Origin: a virus | Lineage: Duplodnaviria > Heunggongvirae > Uroviricota > Caudoviricetes | Length of the DNA: 43,749 bases | Virus record (IMG/VR): IMGVR_UViG_2675903595_000011 | Reading direction: 5' to 3' (one strand) | Part shown: positions 1 through 11,866 of the stretch, one piece after another | How the letters are laid out: the number at the start of each line of letters is the position of its first letter | How positions within the stretch are numbered: the stretch's first letter is position 1 | The notes under the pieces: generated by a model | What the model was told of the DNA's origin: nothing | Seen by the model: only the letters and a program-made list of their open reading frames with translations | Database searches by the model: none | Translations under genes and position numbers: made by a program

Positions 1-3000
1 GTTATTTCCGCTCCCCGGATCGTCATACGCTATACCGTTAAAAATAATGGGCGGAATAATAATCTGGCGGTCAAAGTTATGATCATCGCTGATGGTGACT
101 GTAACCGTACCGTCTGGTGTTTCCGTGTTACCCCACGTACCGACTTTTTTCGGGAAGGCTTTTGATACAGCTTTAACGAAATCCCCTCTGACCTGGGTCG
201 CCTCCAGCATGCCCTTAATCGTACAGTTCTGGTTAATCGTGACATTGTTGAGCGTTCCTGAGTTCGCATTCACACTACCACTGATATCCGCATTTTTAGC
301 GGTCAGCTTTCCGTCTGATGTCAGGGAAAATACCGGAGGACTGCCACCGCTGGTAATGGCGGGGGCTGTCAGGCGCTTCAGGAACACGTCGTTCATGAAT
401 ATCTGGTTGCCCTGCGCCACAAACATCGGCGTTTCATTCCCGTTTGCCGGGTCAATAAACGCGATACGATTGGCGGCAACCAGAAACTGGCTCAGCTTGC
501 CTTCCTCCGTGTCCTCCATGCTGAGGCCAATACCCGCGACATAATGTTTGCCGTCTTTGGTCTGCTCAATTTTGACGCCCCACATCGCATTCCATTTATC
601 GTTAGCGTCCTTCCACTCTTTCGAAAACTCATCCAGTCTGCTGGCGTTATCCTCCGTCAGATCAACTTTTTCCAGCAGCTCTTTACCGAGATGGGATTCG
701 GTTATCTTGCCTTTGAAAAAATCCAGGTAACCTTCCGCATCATCGCTCGCCCGACCGACGGCCTCCACGAATGCCGATTTGCCAACGGTGTTCACACTGC
801 GGATATAAAAGTAATAATCATGGCCCGGTTTGATATTGATACTGGCGGCTATCCAGTACAGCCCCGCGCCAAGGTAGCGGGCTGTGGTTTCAACCTGCCT
901 GATATCGGTAATCCGCGTTTCCGAGAACCAGAACTCAAACTGTACCGTCGGATCATAAACCGCAAGATGCGGCGTGGCAGTTATCTGAAAATAGCCCGGC
1001 GTCAGCTCAATCCGCGACGGTGCTACCGGTGCGGCAATCCTGAACGATACCGACGCCGGATCGCCCTGCTGTCCCCAGGCATTTACCGCCCGGACTGTCA
1101 GCGTGTACCGTCCCAGCGCCAGTTGCGTGAAGCGGTATGTGGTTTCCGTCGTCCGGGCCGTGCTGACCAGCCGCTCACTGCCGTCATCCGCTGCCACGGT
1201 CAGGCGAAGCATAAAGCTCACCCCCTTCACCACCTTCGGCGTGTCCCAGCGCGCCAGCACCTGATATTCCCCGCTGTCTGCGGTGACTTCGGCAGTCAGG
1301 TGCTGCACCGCTGGCGGCGTGACACCATTCACCGTGCCGCTCTGGTCGCCGTCAAAGTGCGCCCCGTTATCCACGATGGCTTCTTTTTCCGGTACATGCT
1401 GCACGGCAGTGATGGCATACGTGCCGTCATCGTTCTCACGGATACTCACACAGCGGAACAGGCGCTGGCGCAACGTCGGCAGCTTCAGCCCCCACACGCT
1501 GTATTCAGCAACGCCGTCAGGAACACGGCTCACTTTCACCTTCACGCCGTCGGTGACGGACTGAACCTCCACGCTGACCGGATTGCCACTTCCGTCAACC
1601 AGGCTTATCAGCATGGTACCGGAGGATGGCAGCGTGATTTCACGGTCGAGCGTCAGCGTCCGGGTCTGGCTGTTTACCGCCAGCACGCGCCCGCCGATGC
1701 TGATACCCGCATAGTCATCATCACAGATTTCAATGACATCGCCCGGCACATGGCGAAGCCCTTCTGCGCCCACGCTGAAGTCCACGGTCTGCGTTTCCAG
1801 CAGTTCTGTTTTAATCAGCCACAGCCCGGCGCGGTGTGCCTGCCCCCGGCTGGTACAGCCAAAAGCATCCATCTTCGTGACGTTACGACCGTAACGGGCA
1901 ATGGCCTGCGTATCCTCCACAAGCTCTGTCGCCGTCTCCCAGCCGTTATCCGGGTCAATCCAGTTCACCTCAACGGCATTATGGCGGTCTTTCAGGGCGC
2001 TGAAGCTGTAGCGGAACGGCGCGCCATCATCCGGCATCACCACATTACTGCGGTTATAGGTCCACACCTTATCCGACGGTCGGTCCTGCACGAACGTCAG
2101 CGTCTGCCCGTTCCATACCGGCATACAGCGCATCGCCGAGCAGAAATCACTGAGCACATCCCACGCCTTGCGCTGTGTGGTCAGGTACGCATTACAGGTG
2201 ATGCGCGGCTCCGTGCCGCCAAAGCCGTCCGGCACTGACTGGTCGCAGTACTGGCCGATGACATACAGCGCCCATTTGTCCACATCCGCCGCACCAAGAC
2301 GTTTCCCCATGCCGTAGCGCGGGTGGGTCAGCATATCCCACAGACACCAGGCCATGTTGTTGCTGTATGCTGGTTTTAACGTTCCGTCCCAGATACCGCT
2401 GTATTGTCGCGTCTGCGGGTTATAGTTCGACGGCACCTGCAGAATGCGCCCGCGAAGATGATAATTACGACTCACCTGCTGGCTGCCGAACTGCTCCGAG
2501 TCCACCTGTACGCCGACCAGTGCAGTGTTCGGGTAGCACTGTTTCACATCGATGATTTCGGTGTATGACGACCAGAGCGTTTTGTTCTGCAGCTGGTCTG
2601 TGGTGCTGTCCGGTGTCATCCTGCGNNNNNNNNNNNNNNNNNNNNNNNNNNNNNNNNNNNNNNNNNNNNNNNNNNNNNNNNNNNNNNNNNNNNNNNNNNN
2701 NNNNNNNNNNNNNNNNNNNNNNNNNNNNNNNNNNNNNNNNNNNNNNNNNNNNNNNNNNNNNNNNNNNNNNNNNNNNNNNNNNNNNNNNNNNNNNNNNNNN
2801 NNNNNNNNNNNNNNNNNNNNNNNNNNNNNNNNNNNNNNNNNNNNNNNNNNNNNNNNNNNNNNNNNNNNNNNNNNNNNNNNNNNNNNNNNNNNNNNNNNNN
2901 NNNNNNNNNNNNNNNNNNNTTTCACTTCCGTACCCAGCACCGTCTCGGAGCCGGAGGATTCAAATCCCTCCGGCGGTGACTGCTCCTGCTCACCTGCCCG

Positions 3001-3204
3001 GAACACCACCGTGACGCCGGAGATGTTGGTATTCCCCTCATTGTCCAGCACCGGCGTACTGTTCAGCAGCACGCTTTTTAATCCATCCACCGGACCTTCA
3101 ACCGGCCCTTCACTGATGGCATCGATCACACTCAGCAGCTGCGTGGACTTCAGGTTGTCCTTCGCTTCGCGCGGGGTATGCCCCTTACTGCTGCCTTTAC
3201 CCAT
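1..3204 (-). CDS. host-specificity / central tail fibre protein J (C-terminus beyond window start; interrupted by N gap)
   Basis: Minus-strand ATG at 3204 translates [24 protein letters not shown]..., matching lambda J N-terminus from memory; the listed plus-strand ORFs here are antisense to it. Confidence 0.8.
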   Translation of the reverse strand, partial: MGKGSSKGHTPREAKDNLKSTQLLSVIDAISEGPVEGPVDGLKSVLLNSTPVLDNEGNTNISGVTVVFRAGEQEQSPPEGFESSGSETVLGTEVKXXXXXXXXXXXXXXXXXXXXXXXXXXXXXXXXXXXXXXXXXXXXXXXXXXXXXXXXXXXXXXXXXXXXXXXXXXXXXXXXXXXXXXXXXXXXXXXXXXRRMTPDSTTDQLQNKTLWSSYTEIIDVKQCYPNTALVGVQVDSEQFGSQQVSRNYHLRGRILQVPSNYNPQTRQYSGIWDGTLKPAYSNNMAWCLWDMLTHPRYGMGKRLGAADVDKWALYVIGQYCDQSVPDGFGGTEPRITCNAYLTTQRKAWDVLSDFCSAMRCMPVWNGQTLTFVQDRPSDKVWTYNRSNVVMPDDGAPFRYSFSALKDRHNAVEVNWIDPDNGWETATELVEDTQAIARYGRNVTKMDAFGCTSRGQAHRAGLWLIKTELLETQTVDFSVGAEGLRHVPGDVIEICDDDYAGISIGGRVLAVNSQTRTLTLDREITLPSSGTMLISLVDGSGNPVSVEVQSVTDGVKVKVSRVPDGVAEYSVWGLKLPTLRQRLFRCVSIRENDDGTYAITAVQHVPEKEAIVDNGAHFDGDQSGTVNGVTPPAVQHLTAEVTADSGEYQVLARWDTPKVVKGVSFMLRLTVAADDGSERLVSTARTTETTYRFTQLALGRYTLTVRAVNAWGQQGDPASVSFRIAAPVAPSRIELTPGYFQITATPHLAVYDPTVQFEFWFSETRITDIRQVETTARYLGAGLYWIAASINIKPGHDYYFYIRSVNTVGKSAFVEAVGRASDDAEGYLDFFKGKITESHLGKELLEKVDLTEDNASRLDEFSKEWKDANDKWNAMWGVKIEQTKDGKHYVAGIGLSMEDTEEGKLSQFLVAANRIAFIDPANGNETPMFVAQGNQIFMNDVFLKRLTAPAITSGGSPPVFSLTSDGKLTAKNADISGSVNANSGTLNNVTINQNCTIKGMLEATQVRGDFVKAVSKAFPKKVGTWGNTETPDGTVTVTISDDHNFDRQIIIPPIIFNGIAYDDPGSGNN
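2626..2919. other. assembly gap (294 N) inside J
   Basis: Run of n characters; length is a multiple of 3. Confidence 1.
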
Positions 3205-3226
3205 TCCTCACGCTCCATAAACGACA

Positions 3227-3246
3227 AAACCGCCCGCAGGCGGTTT
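3227..3246 (-). terminator. terminator-like hairpin between I and J (possible attenuator)
   Basis: AAACCGCC-cgca-GGCGGTTT inverted repeat followed on the minus strand by TTTTGTCGTTT, just upstream of the J RBS. Confidence 0.3.
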
Positions 3247-3264
3247 CTCATAAAACATTTTGCA

Positions 3265-3912
3265 TCAGCGACCAATCACCACAACCTGACCACCATCCCC
3301 TTCGTCTGCCGTGCTGATCTCCTGAGAAACCACACGTGACCCCACGCGCATTTCCCCGTACAGAACAGGCAGAACATTACCCTGGGCAACCATGTTATCC
3401 AGTGACGAGAAATACGTGTTCTGTTTGCCGTTATCTGTACTGGCTGCCGTGGGCGTCCTGGCTTTCGGTGCCAGCATCTGCGCCACACCACCCAGGATCA
3501 TACTGGCCCCTGCTGCATACATACCCGATACAGCCGCGGCCCCCAGCCAGCCCACAGGGTTCCACCATGCCACCGCAATCAGCGCCGCACCCAGCACCGC
3601 CTGAAACACACCGCCACTTTTGGCACCCGCCAGACGCGGAACGATGTGGATCACGGCACCATTTGCCAGCGGTTCATTAAGACGGGCAGATAATTCATTT
3701 TCGCCTGCATCACGCCCGGCAATGCGCACCTGATACCAGCCGTCGCTCAGTTTCTGACGAAATGCCGGGAGCTGTGTGGCCAGTGCCCGGATGGCTTCGG
3801 CCCCCGTTTTCACACGAAGGTCGATGCGGCGGCCAAATCGCTGCAAATCCCCGTAAAGGCAGATGCGTGCCATGCCCGGTGACGCCAGAGGGAGTGTGTG
3901 CGTCGCTGCCAT
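3265..3912 (-). CDS. tail assembly protein I
   Basis: 215 aa; MAATHTLPLASPGMARICLYGDLQRFGRR... and C-terminal ...QVVVIGR match lambda I as recalled. Confidence 0.8.
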   Translation of the reverse strand: MAATHTLPLASPGMARICLYGDLQRFGRRIDLRVKTGAEAIRALATQLPAFRQKLSDGWYQVRIAGRDAGENELSARLNEPLANGAVIHIVPRLAGAKSGGVFQAVLGAALIAVAWWNPVGWLGAAAVSGMYAAGASMILGGVAQMLAPKARTPTAASTDNGKQNTYFSSLDNMVAQGNVLPVLYGEMRVGSRVVSQEISTADEGDGGQVVVIGR

Positions 3913-4472
3913 TTGTCGGTATACCTCTCTCGTTTGCTCAGTTGTTCAGGAATATGGTGCAGCAGCTCGCCGTCACCACAGTAAATGGCGGCATGATTCG
4001 GCACCGATGAACCAAAACAGCACAGCAGCACATCGCCCGGCTGCGCCGTTGACAACGGCACCTGATACAGCCCTGTAGCCTCCAGATTATCCAGATAGAG
4101 ATTCTGACCATTACGCCACCAGTCGTCCTCACGATGAAAATCTGGCATCTCAATTCCCGCCAGATGGTAAGCGTCCCGGAACAGCGTGTAACAGTCCGTC
4201 ACCCCGTGCTCAAAGCGCCGCCCGGTGAGATGCGGCACACAGCGGAACTTGTGAATCGCCCCGCGGCAGACCAGCCACCACGACAAATCACTCTGCACCT
4301 GCAGCCGCCGGTCGGCCTCACTCAGCCAGGGCAGACCACCGGGCGGCTCACCGGAAATATTCACGCAGGGAAAATATCTTTCCCCCTCCGGTGTTCTCAC
4401 CACGAAGCCGCACGACTCCGCTGGCGCACATCGCCGGGCGTGCGCCAGAATCGCTGATTCTGTCTGTGTCAT
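3810..4472 (-). CDS. tail assembly protein K (peptidase-like)
   Basis: 220-aa ORF immediately downstream of L on the same strand; synteny with lambda L-K-I; overlaps I start so exact ends uncertain. Confidence 0.7.
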   Translation of the reverse strand: MTQTESAILAHARRCAPAESCGFVVRTPEGERYFPCVNISGEPPGGLPWLSEADRRLQVQSDLSWWLVCRGAIHKFRCVPHLTGRRFEHGVTDCYTLFRDAYHLAGIEMPDFHREDDWWRNGQNLYLDNLEATGLYQVPLSTAQPGDVLLCCFGSSVPNHAAIYCGDGELLHHIPEQLSKRERYTDKWQRRTHSLWRHRAWHASAFTGICSDLAAASTFV

Positions 4473-4477
4473 GGGAT

Positions 4478-5176
4478 TTACTGCGAAAGTTTGTTAATGG
4501 AAAGGAAGCCGCCAAAGTTGCCGACGTTATTGCGGAACTTACAACCGCTCAGGCATTTGCTGCATTTATCCTTCGTGATATCGGACGTTGGCTGGTCATA
4601 TTCATCCGCGACAGCCGGACCGTGATAACCGCACTCATCACCGCGATAGGTCCAGGTGCAGGTATTAGCAAGCATGATGCGCCCCGGAAAAACAGCGCCG
4701 TCCGTTTCCGTCGGCGTGGACAGTACAAAGGAGGCACTGACCGCGCTCAGTTCGCTGCACTGCTCAATACGCCAGCGGCTGATCACCTCCTGCTCCGGAT
4801 CGGCGTCACTGTTTCCGTTGACGAAGTTCACCGCATCCAGAAAACGGGCGTAAACCTTACGCCTGACCACCGTTCCGCCGACCAGACTCTGCAGGTCTTC
4901 CGCCATCCCGGTGACCATGCCGTGCAGATTAGAGACTTTCAGCGTTGGCCTTGCACTGGCACCTTTGCCGTTCATCTCAAATCCACTCCCCTGAATGGGA
5001 TAGGCCTGATACTGCCGACTCTGCCAGGTGACAGACTCTCCTTTCTCGTTCTGCTCATTGCAGAAAAAGTAGCGATCCCCGCCTACCTCGGTCAGGTCGA
5101 TTTCCCAGAGCACCACGCTGGCCGACTGCTCCGCACGAATGCATTCATTCAGCGTTTCCTGTTGTATGTCCTGCAT
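4478..5176 (-). CDS. minor tail protein L
   Basis: 232 aa, same length as lambda L; position between M and K. Confidence 0.8.
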   Translation of the reverse strand: MQDIQQETLNECIRAEQSASVVLWEIDLTEVGGDRYFFCNEQNEKGESVTWQSRQYQAYPIQGSGFEMNGKGASARPTLKVSNLHGMVTGMAEDLQSLVGGTVVRRKVYARFLDAVNFVNGNSDADPEQEVISRWRIEQCSELSAVSASFVLSTPTETDGAVFPGRIMLANTCTWTYRGDECGYHGPAVADEYDQPTSDITKDKCSKCLSGCKFRNNVGNFGGFLSINKLSQ

Positions 5177-5514
5177 CAGATCACCACTTCGTCAAACTGA
5201 CACGAAAAATCGGTATAGGTGATATGTTCTGTCGCTGACCACGTTCGACACACCACTCTGATTTTTCTGTTAATACCCGGCGGGCGCCAAAAAAAAGATT
5301 TATAGCCTTCATGCCGGGCTAAAAATTTTTCAAATGAATCACGTTCATTCGCCTCAACTTTGAAATCACAGGTGAAAACGCGCAGAGAATGATTAAGTCC
5401 ATTTGGACTTCGTTGCTCATAACCATCACCAAATCTTACAGTTTTTATCGATGGTTTATTTTCTGTTTTCATTCCATCCTCTGGTAACCAGTGAAATTCT
5501 TCCGTATTAGCCAC
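5176..5514 (-). CDS. minor tail protein M
   Basis: Contains [10 protein letters not shown] motif as in lambda M; GTG start at 5514 or ATG at 5472 (MKTENK...). Confidence 0.75.
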   Translation of the reverse strand: MANTEEFHWLPEDGMKTENKPSIKTVRFGDGYEQRSPNGLNHSLRVFTCDFKVEANERDSFEKFLARHEGYKSFFWRPPGINRKIRVVCRTWSATEHITYTDFSCQFDEVVI

Positions 5515-8500
5515 TTAACATTCCCCCATCACGTCGCATATTTAACAGATTGCCCTGCACCCGCTGATCAACCATCCCCATAAGTGCTTTTATTGCCTGA
5601 GGGCCAATCTCTCCATTCTGGCCGTCATTTTGAATAGTGATTTGGTATACAGGGGCATAGGTAATATCTCCGCCTCCATTACCACTTTTACTATTAATAG
5701 CTCTGACACCAAGAGAACCATCGGAAGTTCGTGTTAATGGCATAATGGCTTCCGGTCCAGCCTCACCAAAAACACCAGCCCCTTTTGCAAAAGCAAAAAA
5801 TTGCGGGGAATCATAAATACCGTTCGAATACGTGCTCAATGACGGAGACTCATAAACACCGCCCTTTGCATTCGGAATAAATTTACTAATAGCACTCCCG
5901 ATAGTTCCTAAAATCCCCCCAGAAGAACTGTTACTAATGCTGTCGAAAATCCCAGTAATTGAAGCCTTTAATGCTATTCGACTAAGATCCGAAATCACGG
6001 AAGTAGCGAAAGAACGAAAATTTGCCTTGCCTGTCGTGACAAAATCACCCAGCGCATCGGTCATCCCATCAAACATCTGAGTCGTGGTTGATTTTATCTG
6101 CTCACTGATATCCTTAGTGTCATCCAGCCAGTTATTGAATCCCTGGGAGGCACCACTAACCCAGTCTCCTGCCTGAATATCGAGCTGCTCGTTTTTCTGT
6201 CTGACAATTTCTTTTTCCCGTTCCAGAGCATCATTCAGAGCCTGCATTTTCTCTTGAAAAACATGATCTGACATTCCACGGGATTTATCTGCATAGTCAC
6301 GTTCAAGTTGCAGACGCTGATTGTTATATCCATGTTCAATCCGCAGTAATTCCTGCTGGCGTTGCTGATTTTTATCGCCAACCCCATAACCAGCAATCTG
6401 AATATCATACCCCTGCTGACGATTATCAATCGAAGCCTGCAATGAATCACGCCATGCTGTTATTTCGGCGGATTCCTTGATTAGCCTGTTATTTTTTTCA
6501 ATCGCAACATTTTTCTCCATCAACGTGGTTATTTCTTCCCGGTGTAAGAGAAGCGATTTCTGATCCTGGGTTAATTTCGATGATGGTCGTGACTCTAGGT
6601 CGGCAATCCGCTGACGCCACTTAACCAGTTCCTGTTCAGAGGAACTTAATTTAACGGTCAACTCAGCTTGTGAACTTAGTAACGCATTCTGTTGATTCAG
6701 ATGATCAATCATTCGTTGGGCTGCATCATCAGAATAACCTTTCGCCTTTGGTTGCTTTGGATCTTTATAACGCTCATTTATTTGAGCGATAAGATTATTA
6801 TATTCTTCCTTTGAATACTGATTCTTTAGCTTTTCCAGTTTTGCAAGTTCACTAGCTCTCTGCTGCTCCCGGGTCTGATATTGTTTTGAAAAGGCATCTG
6901 CTCTCTGTCTGAGTTCAATTCCTTCCTGTTGTCGCTTGTTGTAATCGTTTATTGATGAATTTAGTACGTCCTGAGCAATTTTTTCTGCTTGAAGTACGCC
7001 CAATTGCTGCTTTAATCGTGCCAGCCTTTTATTTTGAGCTCCGCCATCTCCAATGCCACCTAACCCGAAAACTCCGGGTCGGGTATTTTTTTCTATTTCA
7101 TCAATTTGACGGAGAACATCTGAGATTTTTTGATCAAGGGAGGCCTCACGGCCAATATCCAGCATGGAATCCCATGCCCATTTTGCGGAGTCTGCGACAG
7201 CTTTCCATGCAGTCTCAAGATAACCAAGATTTTCTTTAATCTGGTTGGTGCGCTGGATCATTGAGGATGAGTATTCTTCTGTCGCAATGCGGGCGGCCTC
7301 CTGCTGGTTCCCTTCATCCTGTAGCGCCTTAATCTGGTTATAAGTCGCAAGTGTCAGAAAATGGTACTGATCATTAAGTTTTGATATGGCACTGACAGGA
7401 TCCTTTGCAATTTCATTGAAGTCATTAACCAGTTGTTCGGTTGATATTCCTGTTACTTCGCTCGTTTTTACTATCGCTGTCGTCACTTGCTCCAGCGAAC
7501 TGCTCGCTACCTTTCCCGAACGCACAAGCTGATTTAATACTGCCGCCGCAGCACCAGTTGTCGAATCAGCCGCATTCCCGGCACGTTGAGCTATATCGCC
7601 CAATTGCCCGCTGGTTGTCCCCAACTGATTTCCGGTAAGAATAAGAGATTTATTAAATTCGTCCTGCTCCTGAGAGCCTTTATAGTAAGCCAGTCCTAAG
7701 ACCCCAACGGCTGCTGCGGCCAGGGTAAAAGGATTAATTAATCCCAGCACATAAGAACCTACACCTTTGATCGCCGGGCCAATCCCACCGAACATATCTT
7801 TTAGCTGGCCGCCCTGCTGCATTAACACCATAAATGGCGACTGACCAGTGGACAACCCAACAACAATATCCGTCATTTGTACAGGCAACATGCGCATAGC
7901 AAAAGCCGTTTGTTTTGCCGACATTCCGGTTTTGCTTAATTGTGATTGAGTAACCTCAAGCTCACTCCGCATAGCACGAAGTTTTCCAGAAAGCTCCTCA
8001 TACATTTCAGGAGAAAGCATCCCCTTAGCTTTTGCTTCATTGAGCTGTTTCTGTTGTTCTACCAGACGATTAAAAGCAGTTCCGACAGGATCAAGTTGAG
8101 CAATCAGACGTTGCAAAGCAACAACCTGTTCATCATGCGCTTTTGCTGCTTCTCGCTCTGCCTGAGCCTCTCCGGTAAGCTCTCGCCGTGTTTCCTGTAT
8201 TTTTCGGCTATAATTCTCAAACTGAGAACCATTTATTTTCCCGGATGCAAACGCAGCATTAAGTTCATCATGCTGTTGTTCAAGATTTCTTAGCGCCGCA
8301 GCCAGAGGGTCGATCTTGTCCAGCATTCTTTGAAAGGCCTGAGCCTGCGCTTCCTGCTGGGCGGCAGCAAGTTTTCCGGCCTTCTCGGCTTCTCTCTGCG
8401 CTTGCGCAACCCCGCTCAATTCCTCTGTGGTTTCATTAAGTTTACGGACAAGAAATTCATATTCTTCTTTATCAATAAGCCCTTTATCGAAAAATTTCTT

Positions 8501-8740
8501 TAATTCAGAATAGCGTCGACCGACAGTATCAATTGCGGCACCAACTGGATCAATAGCTGCTTTTAATTTTGCGAGCGCGTTCTTCTCATCTTCTGTTGCC
8601 TTAGTCACTTTCCCTGCGCTATTTGCAGCAGTTTCCCCAGCCTGCGTCATTTTGACTAATGAGGAGGTCAGATTGTCAGCATTATTTTTCGCTCCAGTGC
8701 TATCAATAATTATTGCGAGACGCGAGGTTTGCTCTGCCAT
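5507..8740 (-). CDS. tail tape measure protein
   Basis: 1077 aa, coiled-coil-rich, AGGAG RBS 9 nt upstream of ATG; located between chaperone and M. Confidence 0.9.
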   Translation of the reverse strand: MAEQTSRLAIIIDSTGAKNNADNLTSSLVKMTQAGETAANSAGKVTKATEDEKNALAKLKAAIDPVGAAIDTVGRRYSELKKFFDKGLIDKEEYEFLVRKLNETTEELSGVAQAQREAEKAGKLAAAQQEAQAQAFQRMLDKIDPLAAALRNLEQQHDELNAAFASGKINGSQFENYSRKIQETRRELTGEAQAEREAAKAHDEQVVALQRLIAQLDPVGTAFNRLVEQQKQLNEAKAKGMLSPEMYEELSGKLRAMRSELEVTQSQLSKTGMSAKQTAFAMRMLPVQMTDIVVGLSTGQSPFMVLMQQGGQLKDMFGGIGPAIKGVGSYVLGLINPFTLAAAAVGVLGLAYYKGSQEQDEFNKSLILTGNQLGTTSGQLGDIAQRAGNAADSTTGAAAAVLNQLVRSGKVASSSLEQVTTAIVKTSEVTGISTEQLVNDFNEIAKDPVSAISKLNDQYHFLTLATYNQIKALQDEGNQQEAARIATEEYSSSMIQRTNQIKENLGYLETAWKAVADSAKWAWDSMLDIGREASLDQKISDVLRQIDEIEKNTRPGVFGLGGIGDGGAQNKRLARLKQQLGVLQAEKIAQDVLNSSINDYNKRQQEGIELRQRADAFSKQYQTREQQRASELAKLEKLKNQYSKEEYNNLIAQINERYKDPKQPKAKGYSDDAAQRMIDHLNQQNALLSSQAELTVKLSSSEQELVKWRQRIADLESRPSSKLTQDQKSLLLHREEITTLMEKNVAIEKNNRLIKESAEITAWRDSLQASIDNRQQGYDIQIAGYGVGDKNQQRQQELLRIEHGYNNQRLQLERDYADKSRGMSDHVFQEKMQALNDALEREKEIVRQKNEQLDIQAGDWVSGASQGFNNWLDDTKDISEQIKSTTTQMFDGMTDALGDFVTTGKANFRSFATSVISDLSRIALKASITGIFDSISNSSSGGILGTIGSAISKFIPNAKGGVYESPSLSTYSNGIYDSPQFFAFAKGAGVFGEAGPEAIMPLTRTSDGSLGVRAINSKSGNGGGDITYAPVYQITIQNDGQNGEIGPQAIKALMGMVDQRVQGNLLNMRRDGGMLSG

Positions 8741-8760
8741 TTATTAAAACTCCTGACAAC

Positions 8761-8786
8761 AAAAAACCCACCGCGAAGTGGGTTTC
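8761..8786 (-). terminator. terminator-like hairpin immediately upstream of tape measure RBS
   Basis: AACCCAC-cgcgaa-GTGGGTT with T-run on the minus strand. Confidence 0.3.
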
Positions 8787-8905
8787 AGGCGACATAATAG
8801 TAGATATAGCGATTACGAGGCCACGCAATGCTTTTCTCCAGGAGCATCATCGATTTAATTAAAGACACCATCACATCTCTGTAACAGAGTGTACGTAATT
8901 AACAA

Positions 8906-9226
8906 CTACACACACTGCTCCTGAAAATACTGGTCATCCAGTGCAAAGATCACTGCTTCAAATTCATCGCGCTCAATCAATACCGGATGAGTGGCTAAAT
9001 ATTCATTTATCTCTGTCAGAGATAAAGGCAAAGGCACCCCAGCCATTCCAGCATAACGTCGGGCACGGGATATTACCGAATAGGCGTACAACAACTCCTT
9101 AAGCACCGGGTCTATTTCTGGTTCCGGTATCGGTGGCAACCTGAGTTTTTCTCGCTTCCATCTTGCCTTTTCCCCCCTTTCTCCCCCGAACTCCGATAAC
9201 CACCGCTGGGCAGCTATGGCTTTTTT
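8906..9226 (-). CDS. tail assembly chaperone -1 frameshift extension (GT-type fusion C-terminal part)
   Basis: The -1 frame is open from the A_AAA_AAG site at 9220..9226 through to the stop at 8906. Confidence 0.6.
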   Translation of the reverse strand, partial: KKAIAAQRWLSEFGGERGEKARWKREKLRLPPIPEPEIDPVLKELLYAYSVISRARRYAGMAGVPLPLSLTEINEYLATHPVLIERDEFEAVIFALDDQYFQEQCV

Positions 9227-9675
9227 ATCGTATCCTGCTTCTGCTGCTCTTTACCCTGGGCGATGCTGGCTGCTTCTGCAAGGATCTGCCAGTACAACTC
9301 TGGATTCTGCTTAAGCAGCGCGATCCCTCGTTCTGCCGTATATTCCAGTGCAACCTCAACACCATTAACCAGTTCACCAACCCCTTTCCAGTCTTTCAGC
9401 AGATAACGAGCGGCATTATCAATGAGTAAATCATCAACAGAATCCACCTCGGAAACCTTTGAAATATCAAACTCCTTCGTTCCGACGTGCAAACTGGCAT
9501 CCATTTTCTCAATGTGGCGACGGATTAATGCATTACGGGAGCGATACTGATCGTTATCGCTGCTTGCCACCAACAGTTTTAACCCGTCTACAGGTTTTAA
9601 GTCCTTCATTGGCGTAAACCAGCGTTCTCCACCAATGATAATTTTCTGATTAAGAATAAACATCCATAACCTCAT
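9214..9675 (-). CDS. tail assembly chaperone (G-like)
   Basis: 153 aa ORF between major tail protein and tape measure; AGGGGGA RBS; ends 7 codons after the slippery heptamer. Confidence 0.7.
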   Translation of the reverse strand: MRLWMFILNQKIIIGGERWFTPMKDLKPVDGLKLLVASSDNDQYRSRNALIRRHIEKMDASLHVGTKEFDISKVSEVDSVDDLLIDNAARYLLKDWKGVGELVNGVEVALEYTAERGIALLKQNPELYWQILAEAASIAQGKEQQKQDTIKKP

Positions 9676-9723
9676 TCAATGCGTCCCCCTGTAGGGCAGT
9701 ACCACAGGAGGAATAACGGAAAA

Positions 9724-10686
9724 TCAACTAATCGCCTCAGCACTGGCTTTTGCGATCACGGCAGCCGGGGAATTTTTTTTTCTGGTTATCGTAGGTGCTT
9801 CATCTGCTGCGGTAATGCTCAATTGAACCTGGATAATGTCGCTATTACCCCCATCAGGCCATTCACCTGACACCTGAACCTTCGGGAAACTGAAAGTGTA
9901 TGCCCCCTCTCCATTCGAAAGCGTGAAGCTGAACGGAACTGTTTCTCCAGTCAGTGTTTTACTCCAGATTTCCCACGCGGCTTTAGACCATGAAAGCGTC
10001 ACCGTACCGGACGGTGTAAAAGTAGTCGGAATATTTGCTCCTGCATAAGGCGAGCCAGTCCCGATACAACGCTGTGTCTGGAGTTTGTTATCGAACTGAA
10101 TATCAAAACTGTCGATACAAAAACCGTTACCTCCGGCAACACCATTCAGGCTTACTGCTGAAACCTCCTTAAACGAATAACGTAGCTTTCCTGCACTATC
10201 CACAGGTTCGCCTTTGATAAAATTCGTATCATCGGCCTTTGATTCCCAGTCCAGTCCGGCAAAGGTTACGGTCGCTGTAATATCGCCGTCGTTAGGGATC
10301 TGCATTTTCCATGAGCCAACCTGCGCTCCTCTGACGACAGAGGCAATTCCGACATCGGACGCATAGGTCGCCAGAGAAAATGTTATTCGCTCATTCCCCA
10401 TTGTCAGAGAATCGCCTGACCATTCCGCGCCGAAACAGGATGCAAGAAAATCATCATGTTGACCCCAGCGAAATTTGGTACCAACATCACCGCCGACATC
10501 CACAGTGCCAGGCGTCGCCCCCTGAGCCATCCGGGAGCCACCAATCTCATTATTTTCGCCTTTATTCTGGGTGGGTTTTACTCCCCAGCTTGTGCGTTTT
10601 AATAAACTCCAGTCACCACTTGCTGGCGTAGTGCCTGCAACCGTCTCCCGGATAAATGCCGAGATAACCTTTGCACCTGAACTCAC
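9724..10686 (-). CDS. major tail protein
   Basis: 320 aa, position upstream of chaperone pair. Confidence 0.7.
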   Translation of the reverse strand: MSSGAKVISAFIRETVAGTTPASGDWSLLKRTSWGVKPTQNKGENNEIGGSRMAQGATPGTVDVGGDVGTKFRWGQHDDFLASCFGAEWSGDSLTMGNERITFSLATYASDVGIASVVRGAQVGSWKMQIPNDGDITATVTFAGLDWESKADDTNFIKGEPVDSAGKLRYSFKEVSAVSLNGVAGGNGFCIDSFDIQFDNKLQTQRCIGTGSPYAGANIPTTFTPSGTVTLSWSKAAWEIWSKTLTGETVPFSFTLSNGEGAYTFSFPKVQVSGEWPDGGNSDIIQVQLSITAADEAPTITRKKNSPAAVIAKASAEAIS

Positions 10687-10712
10687 AGGAGCCTCCTATG
10701 TCATTAATTGCG

Positions 10713-11105
10713 CTAGAGCGCGCGATATGGAATTTGAAGATTAAGCTGGAACCAGCCATTCTTTTCGCCAACGGCTATTGAGGAAACAGCCTGGTAACTG
10801 AGACGATCGTCATCCTGAAACTCAAACAGTTCCCGCAATTTATCGGCTGTCTCAGTAATGAGTTTTGAACCAGAACCTGCGGGGACAAATAACTGAATAA
10901 TGATTATCCCCGTGCGATAAACAACCGGCCCCGCGCCAATTTCATTAACTCCAGCCTGCCCGGGAATATTACTTAACCGCGCCCAGATTAACTTACCGGA
11001 AGGATCGAACGTTGGCCCGTTCGGATACAATACGTCTTTTCCATCAATAATCGTCTGTGCCGTCATTCTGGAAATAACCGTATTTCTGATTTCAGTAAAC
11101 TTCAT
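10713..11105 (-). CDS. tail completion / head-tail joining protein
   Basis: 130 aa ORF in head-tail connector block; assigned by synteny. Confidence 0.5.
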   Translation of the reverse strand: MKFTEIRNTVISRMTAQTIIDGKDVLYPNGPTFDPSGKLIWARLSNIPGQAGVNEIGAGPVVYRTGIIIIQLFVPAGSGSKLITETADKLRELFEFQDDDRLSYQAVSSIAVGEKNGWFQLNLQIPYRAL

Positions 11106-11482
11106 TTGTAAGCCTGTAAAACACCATGAAAAGCGTTGGCATACACGCCAGTTGGCGCTTGTTGTGAATGACCGTTTTCAAGAGCCTCTGCATAAGGAAG
11201 GTTATTCTGGATATAAATAACCCCGTAATTTGCAGCTTTCGAAATAACCCCGATCCCACGCTGAACAGCAATCGTACCGTTCGGATCCACGTTATCAGAT
11301 ATACCAAAATCGGGATGCTGTAACGACACCAGGTTGTTATTTCTGAAACGTCCGGTATCAACCGGAGCAGCAATATCAATAGCAGTAAGAATCTGCATAG
11401 CGATGTAGCGAATCTTCAGCCCTACATCTTCCTCAATCATCCCGGCAAATATTGACGGTTCTATATCCCATGCCTTTGCCAT
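11102..11482 (-). CDS. head-tail joining protein
   Basis: 126 aa, 4-nt overlap with downstream gene; synteny. Confidence 0.5.
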   Translation of the reverse strand: MAKAWDIEPSIFAGMIEEDVGLKIRYIAMQILTAIDIAAPVDTGRFRNNNLVSLQHPDFGISDNVDPNGTIAVQRGIGVISKAANYGVIYIQNNLPYAEALENGHSQQAPTGVYANAFHGVLQAYK

Positions 11483-11866
11483 TTACGCTCTCCTTAACTG
11501 GATAGAGTAAACTGATGCGGAAGGATCTACACTTGCTGTAATTACCTCGTATCGTTGTAACTGCCTTGATACAGGATCATAAATCTCAATAATATGGTCG
11601 ACAGCTGGTTTATCCGTAACCTCGCATACCAGAGCGGTTAATTTAAGGTCACCATGCAAAATATTAATCCCATCAATTCTGCCCAGCTTATAACGTGTCA
11701 ACACGCCTCGCCCGGTATAGATTGCGGTTGATTCGCCGCCAGTTTCCGTCACAGGATCCCAGTGCCGGTGCGTAACGTAAGAACCAGAAAAATCACTCAC
11801 GGCGTCCGCTAAATCCTCATCAAAAGCAGCGGCAACCTCTGACTGAATCTCTTCACGAAGCCCCAT
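11483..11866 (-). CDS. head-tail joining protein
   Basis: 127 aa; synteny. Confidence 0.5.
   Translation of the reverse strand: MGLREEIQSEVAAAFDEDLADAVSDFSGSYVTHRHWDPVTETGGESTAIYTGRGVLTRYKLGRIDGINILHGDLKLTALVCEVTDKPAVDHIIEIYDPVSRQLQRYEVITASVDPSASVYSIQLRRA

Noticed and set aside
92-2238. Plus-strand ORFs (150, 564, 60, 93 aa) at the left end
   Set aside because: Antisense to the J tail-fibre reading frame; low-complexity Arg/His-rich translations typical of shadow ORFs.
6235-8293. Small ORFs on either strand within the tape measure gene
   Set aside because: Embedded in a long, well-supported CDS; no RBS support.
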